This document shows positions 48,036-56,844 of a DNA stretch of 64,000 nt, in pieces. Under the pieces are notes generated by a model. That model saw only the letters and a list, made by a program, of their open reading frames with translations, had not been told where the DNA came from and ran no database searches. Position numbers and translations under genes: made by a program. This stretch comes from a bacterium. GTDB taxonomy: Bacteria > Krumholzibacteriota > Krumholzibacteriia > G020349025. Numbering within the stretch: the stretch's first letter is position 1; every line of letters begins with the position of its first letter. The stretch lies in assembly GCA_031362565.1 (NCBI GenBank), contig JANLSU010000067.1, positions 44,742 to 108,741 on the forward strand. The letters run 5' to 3'.

Positions 48036-51000
48036 TTGAAGTCCAGAGTTTGTGGCACGTTGCGTGAACGTGTGCGCCCCCTGGCGCAGCTCTGGTTCGT
48101 GGTCGCGTCGCTCGCGGCGTCTGTGGCGTTCGCGCAACAGACGACGCCGTATGGCTCGGTCACGGGCAAGGTCGTCGACAAGGACTCGGGCGCACCGCTC
48201 AATTTCGCCAACGTTGTGATTGTCGGCACCTCGATGGGTGCGAACGCGCGTAACGGCGGTTTGTTCAACATCGCCATCGTTCCCGTCGGCACCTACAATT
48301 TGAAGGCATCGTACGTCGGCTACGATGCGCAGACCCTCGTCAACGTGCGGGTCGACGCCGGCAAGCCGCTGGTGCTCGAGTTCCGGCTCAAAAAGGGCAG
48401 CGGGACAATGCTCGATGCCGTCAAGGTCACGGGCAAAGTCAAACAGATCGACGTCAAGTCGTCCGACGTGTCGCACGTGCAGACCGACAAGGAGTTCTTG
48501 TCGTTGCCGGTGGAAAGCGTCACCGAAGCGGTGGCACTCAACACGGGTGTCGTGGTGCAAGGCGGCGAGTTGCACGTCCGCGGCGGCCGGTCGAACGAAG
48601 TCTCGGTGCGCATCGACGGGGTGCCGGTCGACGATCCGCTTTCCGGCGGCAGTGTCGACTTGGGATTGCTCTCCGTGGCGCAGTCCGAACTCATCACCGG
48701 CGGAATGGATGCCGAATACGGCAATGCCTCGTCGGCGATCATCAACTTCACGACCAAGTCCGGCGGCCGGAACTTCGAAGGCAATTTCCGCTATACGACC
48801 GACGACTATGGGCGCGCCGACAAAACCTTCACGAACTACGACCGGCTGTCGCTCGGGATGGGCGGGCCGACACCGTTCAACGATCTGACGTACTACGTCT
48901 CGGGTGAGGCCACGTTCCAAGACGGCGAAGTGCTGTCCGTGCGCCGCTACCCCGAACACGAGTACCTGAACGGCTTCCTGAAGTTCAAGGAACGCGCCGA
49001 CACCAATTTCCGCACCCAGGCGCGGCTCGACTGGAAGGTCAGCAAGGGCGTCAAGATGTCGGGTGAGATGACGCTCGACAAGACGTCGTCCGATCCGTAC
49101 ATCCACAACTACAACACGTCCGGCCAAGTCTCGCGGATCATGATCTTCCCGGAGTTTCGCCGCAACCGATTCGCACCCCAGGAACCGTGGTATGCGATTC
49201 AGTCGCAGGTCATCATGTACTCGGGGTCGTGGTATCAGAAGGCGCTGAAGGCGACCTATGTCGATATCCGCGACGATCCGAGTTGCCAGTACTGCCTGCT
49301 GCCGGTTTCCGACAACCAGACGCAGCGCGCGGTACGCGTCGTCGATTTCCAAGGCCGCGGGTCGGAACCGACCCTGCCGCCGGCTCTCGGCGGCCGGCTG
49401 GCCGTGTACGCGTACATCGACTTCATCATCTTCGACGGCTTCCAGAATCCGATCTCGACGTGGGTGCCCGAAGTGGGGTCGGCCGCGGCCGACACCAACA
49501 AGGCGGAGTTCAACGCCGCCGAACACGTGTGGACCAACAAGAACCTGAGCTACCAGTTCAAATGGTCGATGACCCATACCCTGTCGCCCAGGAGCTTTTA
49601 CGAAGTCAAGTTGTCGCGCCTCAGTTTCGACGTGCTGAGTAGCGTCAACGACCAGACGCCTGGCGAGTACGCGACGGCGGGCAAGTTCCTGTGGGTGCCC
49701 GGCCGCGGTCCGATCACCGTCGGCAACGTCGACTTCTACACCGATCCGGAAGTGCCATTCTTCGCGACGGCTTACGATTACCAGCGCTACTCGCGCCGGA
49801 ACAGCGCCACGTACTTGATGCGTTCCGACATCACGACGCAACGTTGGAAGAACCACAAGATGAAGGGCGGCTTGCTCGTCCAGTACAACGATCTGGATAA
49901 TGCGACGTTCACCGGCCCCGGACGCCAGCGCCAATTCCGGGAGTCGTACGGGTTCAGCGGCAACGTCTTCCACAATTTCAATCCGGAAGGTTCGTTTTAC
50001 GTCCAGGATCAGTGGCAGTACGAGGGCATGGTCGTCAACGGCGGCGCGCGTTACGACTTCTTCTCGCCGGGATCCGGCGTCGGGGTCGAGGTCAACAGCA
50101 GCCAGATCCAGCGCGACATCGACCGCTGGAAGACGCAGTTGAGCCCGCGACTGGGGCTCTCGTTCCCGATCACCGATCGCGACAACTTCCACTTCCACTA
50201 CGGCCGCTTCATCCAGTTCCCGGAGAAGAACCTCATCTTCGCGACTCAGGATGTGAACGGCGGCCTCGGGACGCTCGGCAATCCGAACTTGGATCCCGAG
50301 ACGTCGATTTCGTACCAGGCCGGCATCAAACATCAGTTCTCAACCGACGTGTCCGGGCAGTTCGCGCTGTTCAACAAGGACTACTACGGCCTGGTGTCGT
50401 CGATCGAGATCACGGACGACTCCACGGGCACCCAGAACACGCGCTACATCAACAAGGCGTACGCCAGCAGCCGCGGCGTCGAGTTGCAGCTCAACAAGGA
50501 CTTCAGCCGCAACTTCGCCTTCGATCTCGCCTATACGTTCTCGTTCGCGGACGGTGTGGCGTCGAACGCCGACTTCGGCGTTCAAGCCCAGGGCTTGTCG
50601 CACTTGCCGACCGGTGAGCTGCCGCTCGATTGGGACCAGCGGCACACGTTCAACGCGACCCTGTCGATCGCCCGCGCCGGCGACTGGTCGGCCACGACGG
50701 TCTATCAGTACACGAGTGGACTGCCTTGGACGCCGTTCTTCCGGTTCGAAAAGCGGCAGGATCCGGTTCTGGAGAACTCCCGCCGGTTTCCAAAGCAGCA
50801 CCTCGTCAACTTCCGCGGCGAAAAGTTCTTCAAAATCTACGGCCAGGACTTGCGGCTGTTCTTCGATGGCCGCAATTTGCTGGACGAGAAGGTGATCGCG
50901 GACTTGAGCCCGTTGGTCTATCCGGGGCTCCGCAACGCCACCGACGGCTACGTGTCGTACGCCACGGAGCAAAACCGTTTTGGCGGCGCCTACTTGCTCG

Positions 51001-51101
51001 ACAGTGACGGCGACGGCCGCGATGAGTTCTTCCCGGTCAACGACCCGCGCGTCTTCGGACAGCGCCGCTTATTCCGTATCGGACTCGGATTCGAATTCTG
51101 A
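48036..51101 (+). CDS. TonB-dependent receptor-like outer-membrane protein with N-terminal carboxypeptidase-regulatory-like domain
   Basis: Signal peptide (..SVAFAQ); GSVTGKVVDKDSGAPL..ANV; LDAVKVTG; plug LHVRGGRSNE...DGVPV...TGGMDAEYGNA; GNPNLDPE; C-terminal RIGLGFEF; start approximate (TTG 48036). Confidence 0.9.
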   Translation: MKSRVCGTLRERVRPLAQLWFVVASLAASVAFAQQTTPYGSVTGKVVDKDSGAPLNFANVVIVGTSMGANARNGGLFNIAIVPVGTYNLKASYVGYDAQTLVNVRVDAGKPLVLEFRLKKGSGTMLDAVKVTGKVKQIDVKSSDVSHVQTDKEFLSLPVESVTEAVALNTGVVVQGGELHVRGGRSNEVSVRIDGVPVDDPLSGGSVDLGLLSVAQSELITGGMDAEYGNASSAIINFTTKSGGRNFEGNFRYTTDDYGRADKTFTNYDRLSLGMGGPTPFNDLTYYVSGEATFQDGEVLSVRRYPEHEYLNGFLKFKERADTNFRTQARLDWKVSKGVKMSGEMTLDKTSSDPYIHNYNTSGQVSRIMIFPEFRRNRFAPQEPWYAIQSQVIMYSGSWYQKALKATYVDIRDDPSCQYCLLPVSDNQTQRAVRVVDFQGRGSEPTLPPALGGRLAVYAYIDFIIFDGFQNPISTWVPEVGSAAADTNKAEFNAAEHVWTNKNLSYQFKWSMTHTLSPRSFYEVKLSRLSFDVLSSVNDQTPGEYATAGKFLWVPGRGPITVGNVDFYTDPEVPFFATAYDYQRYSRRNSATYLMRSDITTQRWKNHKMKGGLLVQYNDLDNATFTGPGRQRQFRESYGFSGNVFHNFNPEGSFYVQDQWQYEGMVVNGGARYDFFSPGSGVGVEVNSSQIQRDIDRWKTQLSPRLGLSFPITDRDNFHFHYGRFIQFPEKNLIFATQDVNGGLGTLGNPNLDPETSISYQAGIKHQFSTDVSGQFALFNKDYYGLVSSIEITDDSTGTQNTRYINKAYASSRGVELQLNKDFSRNFAFDLAYTFSFADGVASNADFGVQAQGLSHLPTGELPLDWDQRHTFNATLSIARAGDWSATTVYQYTSGLPWTPFFRFEKRQDPVLENSRRFPKQHLVNFRGEKFFKIYGQDLRLFFDGRNLLDEKVIADLSPLVYPGLRNATDGYVSYATEQNRFGGAYLLDSDGDGRDEFFPVNDPRVFGQRRLFRIGLGFEF

Positions 51102-51165
51102 GTCCAAGCCCATGTTCTCGCAGGTGGCGCACGCAGGCGGCGGGGCGCCTGGAAAGGCTGAGGCA

Positions 51166-53820
51166 ATGCGCAGAGGAATCACCAGAGCAATCACCGGACT
51201 GCTCCTGGGGTTCGCGGTCGCCGTGCTGCGGCCGGTCCCGGTTGTGGCGCGTAGCAATACGCCCCTCCCGGCCGACCTGCAGGATGGCACGTATCCGGGG
51301 ATCCAGGGCATCCTCGAACTCGACGGCAAGAACGTTCACAACTGTGGGAACGTCCTCTTGCACGTCACGAACTTCGGTCTGATTGGATCGCGGCCCGGTT
51401 CGCGCAACCGTTTCTCGGGCGCGCCATCGGCGCAGTGGCCGAAGGGCAGCCCGACCGAATACTTGTACAGCGGTGCGCTCTGGGTCGGCGCCGATAAAAA
51501 CGGCGAGCGGCACGTGACCACCGGCTCCGATCCGTTCGAATTCCGGCCCGGGCTGGGCGAGTTGGATCACATCTATCAGACCCGCGAGCAGGCCACCGGC
51601 GGCGCCCGGCGGCCGTCCCCGAATGCCGATGACGACCGCGACGGCAAGATCGATGAGGACTGGCTCGACGGCCGCGACAACGACGGTGACGGGCGCATCG
51701 ACGAGGATTTCGCCGCGATCTCGAACCAGATGTTCTTTTGCGAGTACCGCGACATCGATCCGAACATCAAGCTGGCGAATCCGGAGCACGCGCCGCTGGA
51801 AGTCCTGGTGCAGCAATCGTCGCTGTGCTGGGAGGCACCGCTCACCGACGACTTCATCGCCTTCGATTTCAAGATCATCAACACCGGCTTCAACCCGCTC
51901 GCCGACGTGTTCGTCGGCTTCAACGCCGACTGCGACATCGGGCCGCGCGGCGAGGACAACGTCGCCGAAGACGACTACGCCGGCTTCTGGGAAGGCCGCC
52001 GGACGGCGCGCGTCGGGACGAAGACCAAGAACGTCAAGCTGTCCGTCGGCTACATGTGGGATGACGATACCGACGAAGGCAAGTCCGAGGGCTACATTGG
52101 ACTCATGTTCTTGGGGGCGCAGGATCCGAACGGCGACGGCGTGCCGCGCCCCGTCTCGTTGCGGAACTTCCGGTTCTTCTCCGGCAACGCGCCGTTCGAC
52201 CAGGGCGGCGATCCCGGCAACGACGATGAAAAGTACCAAACGATGTCGGGTCTATCGACGAAGTCTCTGCCGCCGCTGAACGCCCAACATCCGTTCCCGC
52301 GCGAAGGTTCGGAGGCCAAGAAGAAGCAGGACTACCGGATCTTGGTGTCGGCGGGCCGCGACTTGTCGAACCCCAACGATCACACCTTCGAGACCGTGGC
52401 GCCCGGCGACACGGTCGGTTTCCAAGCGGCGCTCGTCCTGGGCCGTTTCTTCGACGGCATGGTCGAGAACGCCGTCCAAGCGCAGTTGACCTACGACGGT
52501 GCGTACCTGGATTGCGACGAAAATCCGCTCACCGGCGTCGAGGGCCGGGAGACGGCGCTCTGCCCGCCGAATTTCAGCGGCCAGTTTCGCAAGAACGCCT
52601 GCGACAGCGTCTGCACCGCCAACCCCGCGCCCGAATGCTTCGTCACGGTGCGGGATTCGTGCAAGTTCATCAACGCGGACTGCGAGCAGGAAAAGGACTC
52701 CGGCGAAGAGACCGGGATCGAGGGCAAGGAATGTCTCATCCACTGGCTTATCGGCACGGCACCACCGCCGCCGTCGATGCGGCTCATCGCCAAGGAGAAC
52801 GAGGTTGACATCCTGTGGGACAACCGCAGTGAAACGACCCCCGATCTGCGGCTCGCGGTCGTCGATTTCGAATCGTACCGCGTCTGGCGGGCGGACAATT
52901 GGACCCGGCCGTTCGGGACCGACGTCAACACCGGTCCGGGCGGCGATCTGTGGGCCCTGATGGCCGAGTTCGATCTGCCGCACAACAATATCGGCTCCGA
53001 CACCGGTCTCGATCCCATCCGCTACCGTCCGGGGATTCCGGATCAGGCCGTGGAGTTCTACCGCGAGTGGCTACGGGCGCATCCATTCTTGCGGCCGCCG
53101 GGCTTGCCGGGGTACTCGGAGACCCAGCTCGACACGGCGCAAGCGCTGGCGCGTGGCATTCAGTACTACCGGTTCGTGGATCCGCCGTTCGTGCGCAACG
53201 GGGACACCTCCGGTCCGTGCCCGGCGAACGGCAAGTGCGCCCCGATTCAGACCCGCCATGGTCCAGTCAACGCGCGCTGCAACAGCGCCGGCCTGTGCCA
53301 GGAAACGGCGCCGCCGCCGCACAGCGGCGCGCACTATTTCTACAGCGTGACCGCGACGGATCACAAACTCGAATCGGGACCGAACGACACGTTGGTTCCC
53401 GCCGGACCCGGCTTGGCCGGCGATCCGAGTTCGAGTTTCGTCTATCTGAATCCACCGACCGAAGCGCTCGCTCCGGAGGATGCCGGCAAAGAGGACACGG
53501 AAATCTACGTGGTCCCGAATCCGGCGACACCGACGAGCATGGCACCCTGGAAGTTGGATCCCAACAACGACGATCCTACGGGCTCGAAGATCGAGTTCCA
53601 CCACCTGCCGCGTTCGGCGGGTAAGGTCACGGTGTTCACGCTCGCGGGCGATCTCGTGCAGGAAATCGTTTTCGACGGCACGACCGGTAACGGATCCCTG
53701 CGATGGGATCTCGTGAGCCGCAACGGCCAGGACGTCACCAGCGGTGTGTACCTTTATACGGTCGAGGCCGACGACGCGCGGTTCAAGCGGTTCGTGGGCA
53801 AATTCGTAGTGGTGCGTTGA
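51166..53820 (+). CDS. Large secreted protein with Ca-binding-type repeats, Cys-rich inserts, FN3-like region and T9SS-CTD/FlgD-like C-terminal domain
   Basis: Signal peptide; DDDRDGKIDED/DNDGDGRIDED; APPPPSMRL...VDILWD...DFESYRVWR; YFYSVTATD; C-terminus IYVVPNP...VTVFTLAGDLVQEI...WDLVSRNGQDVTSGVYLYTV...VGKFVVVR. Confidence 0.85.
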   Translation: MRRGITRAITGLLLGFAVAVLRPVPVVARSNTPLPADLQDGTYPGIQGILELDGKNVHNCGNVLLHVTNFGLIGSRPGSRNRFSGAPSAQWPKGSPTEYLYSGALWVGADKNGERHVTTGSDPFEFRPGLGELDHIYQTREQATGGARRPSPNADDDRDGKIDEDWLDGRDNDGDGRIDEDFAAISNQMFFCEYRDIDPNIKLANPEHAPLEVLVQQSSLCWEAPLTDDFIAFDFKIINTGFNPLADVFVGFNADCDIGPRGEDNVAEDDYAGFWEGRRTARVGTKTKNVKLSVGYMWDDDTDEGKSEGYIGLMFLGAQDPNGDGVPRPVSLRNFRFFSGNAPFDQGGDPGNDDEKYQTMSGLSTKSLPPLNAQHPFPREGSEAKKKQDYRILVSAGRDLSNPNDHTFETVAPGDTVGFQAALVLGRFFDGMVENAVQAQLTYDGAYLDCDENPLTGVEGRETALCPPNFSGQFRKNACDSVCTANPAPECFVTVRDSCKFINADCEQEKDSGEETGIEGKECLIHWLIGTAPPPPSMRLIAKENEVDILWDNRSETTPDLRLAVVDFESYRVWRADNWTRPFGTDVNTGPGGDLWALMAEFDLPHNNIGSDTGLDPIRYRPGIPDQAVEFYREWLRAHPFLRPPGLPGYSETQLDTAQALARGIQYYRFVDPPFVRNGDTSGPCPANGKCAPIQTRHGPVNARCNSAGLCQETAPPPHSGAHYFYSVTATDHKLESGPNDTLVPAGPGLAGDPSSSFVYLNPPTEALAPEDAGKEDTEIYVVPNPATPTSMAPWKLDPNNDDPTGSKIEFHHLPRSAGKVTVFTLAGDLVQEIVFDGTTGNGSLRWDLVSRNGQDVTSGVYLYTVEADDARFKRFVGKFVVVR

Positions 53821-53868
53821 CCAGGTCTCGGCGTCATCCGCGACCGGCCCGCGAGCAGGAGGTCTAGT

Positions 53869-54804
53869 GTGAAGCGAGTGTTGAGTCTGGTCGCCGTCGT
53901 CGTGCTCCTTCCGGGGGCTGCGGGCGCCGGAACTGTTTTCGAGAAGGTGGGAACGTACGCGGCCCAGTTCCTCAAGATCGGCGTGAGTGCGCGTGCGACC
54001 TCGATGGGCAGTGCGTTCACGGCCGTCGCCGACGATCCGTCGGCGGCGTATTGGAATCCGGCCGGACTCGTAGGTGTCGACGGCACTGTGGTGATGCTCA
54101 ACCACACCGAGTGGCCCGCCGACATCAATCTGGAATACGCCAACTACACCTTCTCACCGGGATTCGTCCAGGGCAAGATGTCGCTGCACGCCCGCGGCTT
54201 GACCATGGATCCGCAAGTCGTGCGCACGATCTACCGCCAGCAAGGCACCGGCGAACAGTTCGATGCCGGTGACATGTCGTTCGGTGTGTCGTACGCACGC
54301 TTCTTCACCGACAAGTTCTCGTCGGGCATCACCATGAGCTGGATGCACATGGGATTGGCGGAGAAGTTCGTCAACAGCTTCGTGGCCGACTTCGGACTGT
54401 TGTACCGGATCGGGATTCGCGGCATGAAACTCGGAATGGCGGTTCAGAACATCGGCTCGCAGGTCGACTTCGCCGACCGGTCGTCGAAGCTGCCGACGGT
54501 GTTCAAGGTCGGCCTGTCGGTCGACACCTACCGCAGCGGCCCGCATTCGCTGATGACCGTCGGCGAGTTTTCACATCCATCCGACAACAAGGAACACCAG
54601 AACGTCGGGGTGGAATACTCGTACAACAACTTTGTCTTCCTGCGCTCGGGTTACAATCTCAACTACGATTCGGAAACGTTCGCGGCCGGGGCGGGCCTGC
54701 TGCTGCAGACGAGCCAGTCGACGGCCATCAACGCGGACTATTCGTTCGTGGACATGGGAGCTTTGGGCGGCGTGCATCGAGTGTCGCTGTCGTTCAAGTA
54801 CTGA
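53869..54804 (+). CDS. PorV/PorQ-family (UPF0164) outer-membrane beta-barrel
   Basis: FLKIGVSARATSMGSAFTAVADDPSAAYWNPAGL signature; amphipathic strands; ends HRVSLSFKY; AGGAGG RBS. Confidence 0.9.
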   Translation: MKRVLSLVAVVVLLPGAAGAGTVFEKVGTYAAQFLKIGVSARATSMGSAFTAVADDPSAAYWNPAGLVGVDGTVVMLNHTEWPADINLEYANYTFSPGFVQGKMSLHARGLTMDPQVVRTIYRQQGTGEQFDAGDMSFGVSYARFFTDKFSSGITMSWMHMGLAEKFVNSFVADFGLLYRIGIRGMKLGMAVQNIGSQVDFADRSSKLPTVFKVGLSVDTYRSGPHSLMTVGEFSHPSDNKEHQNVGVEYSYNNFVFLRSGYNLNYDSETFAAGAGLLLQTSQSTAINADYSFVDMGALGGVHRVSLSFKY

Positions 54805-54854
54805 CATTCGCCCAGCGCGGACGGCGCGGCCGCAGGCGGCGGCGAGAGCATGAC

Positions 54855-54894
54855 GCGAGAGCCCGCCTGCGATCAGGCGGGCTCTCGCATTTCC
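54855..54894 (+). terminator. Strong hairpin, probable terminator or mRNA-stabilising element closing the TBDR-CTD-PorV unit
   Basis: Perfect 15-bp stem GCGAGAGCCCGCCTG-cgat-CAGGCGGGCTCTCGC followed by a short ATTTCC tail. Confidence 0.65.
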
Positions 54895-54917
54895 AAAGCG
54901 TTTCAAGGAGGCCCGTC

Positions 54918-56579
54918 GTGAATTGGAAGAGCAGCATCGCCCTCGCCTGCGTGGCGGCCGCCGGCGTCGGCAACGCGACTTCGTTGCCGGCGGTTCCTGC
55001 GGTCGCCGGCCATGCCATCAATTCGATCCTGCAGCCGGGAATCGGGCGCGGCGATTTCGAATTCGAGTTCGACGCGGTGTGCCGCCAGCCGGGTGCTCCG
55101 GGGCGCACGGTACTCCGCGGCCTGGTGCAAGTTCCCGTGCAAGCGTTGCTCGATCAGACCCACGCCAACCGCGCCGATGTGCGCGTCATCCTGCGTGCCT
55201 TCGATGCGCAGACCGCCTTCGCCGCGCTCGCCGCGGCGCCGCAGGCAGGCGCCGGCGTCGAGACCGGCAGCGATTCGGTGCGGGCGTCACTCGAACAGAC
55301 GGATGCCGCGATCGACGCGTTACTGTCCCAGTTCGATGGGATGAACCCGAGCGGCGAAGCGGAACGCCGCAGCCGCATCGAAGTCGATTCACGCGCCAAG
55401 TTGCTCGACACCGACTACCGGCTCTTCGATCTGTCCCTGGAAGTCGTGCCGGGTGACTATGTGCTCGAGGCGCGCGTCGAAAACTTGTCGCGCCGCAAAC
55501 GTGGCTTGCTCGACCGGCTTCGCAAACGGCCGCAGGCGGCGGTGGCGCGGGTGCTCCTCCGCGTGCCCGATTTGACCCGCGTGCCGGCCTTGGCCGACCT
55601 CGCCTTCAAATCCGGCCACGGCATTCACAACGATTACGCGGCGCGGTTGTATGGCCTGCTCAACGATTCGCTGCACGTCGAGACGACGCTCTTCGGCAAA
55701 GGCACCTACCAGGTTCGGCTGCAGGCCGCGGGCCGGGACGGCGACGTGGCGTGGCGTGACTCGATGCGTGTCGAAGCCGATGGCGCCCGCGACCTGCATT
55801 TCTCGACGAGCGTCAATGCGATGCCGGCCGGTCAATACGTCGTCGAGGTGAGTGCCGGGGGCGCCGATGGCGCCGCGGTCGCGGCGCGCAGCTACGACAT
55901 TGCGTGGTCGCTCGTCACCTGGACCAAGAGCCGGCGCGATCTCGATTTGGAAGCCGAACTCGCACTTTCCGAGGCCGAGTTCGACGCCTATCGGGCCATG
56001 CCGCTCGGCGAGAAGGAGCGCTGCCTCGAGGACTTCTGGCGCCGCCGTGACCCGACGCCGGAGACGGCTCTCAACGAGACGCTCGACGAATTCCAGCGCC
56101 GCGTTGCGTACACCGACCTCAATTACTCCGAAGGACGCCGCGGCGCGTTGAGCGATCGAGGCCGGGTCTATGTGCGGTACGGGCCGCCCGGCGAAATTCA
56201 GGCCGAAGCCGTGCCCTCGCATCTGGCGGGTCATGGCGCGGAGGAAGCGATGGAGAAGGTCGACGACGCGTACGTCGCCTCCGAGCACCGGCAAAACGAG
56301 GATCCCGATGGCTTGGGAGCCGTGCGCGGTGCTTCCGCGTCCGACCGGCAGGCCCGCACCCAGGAGCGTGCGCGGGTCATCGGCAATGGCAACGAAGTCA
56401 CCGCCTACGAACTGTGGCTCTACTCCGGCGGCGGTCAACCGCTCTTCGCCGAGGACAAGGGAGTGGCGGTGGACAGCGGGCTGCGAATCCTGTTCGTGGA
56501 TGTGTCGGGCTATGGAAGGTATCGGCTTCGGAAGGCCTCGGCGCGTCTGGACATTCGCGGCCTGGGCGCCAACTACTGA
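54918..56579 (+). CDS. GWxTD domain-containing exported protein
   Basis: Signal peptide; LEDFWRRRDPTPET..NE...EFQRRVAY...GALSDRGRVYVRYGPP...YELWLY...ILFVD..G.GRYRL; AAGGAGG RBS. Confidence 0.85.
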   Translation: MNWKSSIALACVAAAGVGNATSLPAVPAVAGHAINSILQPGIGRGDFEFEFDAVCRQPGAPGRTVLRGLVQVPVQALLDQTHANRADVRVILRAFDAQTAFAALAAAPQAGAGVETGSDSVRASLEQTDAAIDALLSQFDGMNPSGEAERRSRIEVDSRAKLLDTDYRLFDLSLEVVPGDYVLEARVENLSRRKRGLLDRLRKRPQAAVARVLLRVPDLTRVPALADLAFKSGHGIHNDYAARLYGLLNDSLHVETTLFGKGTYQVRLQAAGRDGDVAWRDSMRVEADGARDLHFSTSVNAMPAGQYVVEVSAGGADGAAVAARSYDIAWSLVTWTKSRRDLDLEAELALSEAEFDAYRAMPLGEKERCLEDFWRRRDPTPETALNETLDEFQRRVAYTDLNYSEGRRGALSDRGRVYVRYGPPGEIQAEAVPSHLAGHGAEEAMEKVDDAYVASEHRQNEDPDGLGAVRGASASDRQARTQERARVIGNGNEVTAYELWLYSGGGQPLFAEDKGVAVDSGLRILFVDVSGYGRYRLRKASARLDIRGLGANY

Positions 56580-56650
56580 GGTCCCGCACCCCGGGCCCGC
56601 CGGTCGCCAGCGATCCCGCTCCCGGCGCGGGCGCGCGGGGTGCAGCCTTG

Positions 56651-56679
56651 TTGACAGGCCGCAAGGCACAGGCTATCTT
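56651..56679 (+). promoter_or_regulatory. Sigma70 promoter of the exbB/tolQ-like gene
   Basis: TTGACA (56651-56), 17 bp, TATCTT (56674-79). Confidence 0.7.
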
Positions 56680-56844
56680 GAGCGCCGCCCCATAGGACGA
56701 TAACCCCGAAAACGACAACGGCTTCGAGGGGTTGCGCCGTGTTGCTCGAGGGGCGTCGGCGCGCTCCGAAGCAGTGGAGCTGTCGGCTACTTTGCGCCCA
56801 TTCCGGAAAGGGGGGAACGGCCGCCATCGCGCGCCCGTAGGACC

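Noticed and set aside
38672..48292. Long minus-strand ORFs over gcvPB and the ABC importer (38672-40489, 42413-44158, 45066-46781, 46631-48292)
   Set aside because: Shadow frames; low-complexity Arg/Ala/Pro-rich translations.
47823..50333. 836-aa minus-strand ORF opposite the TBDR
   Set aside because: Antisense shadow of a clearly genuine gene.
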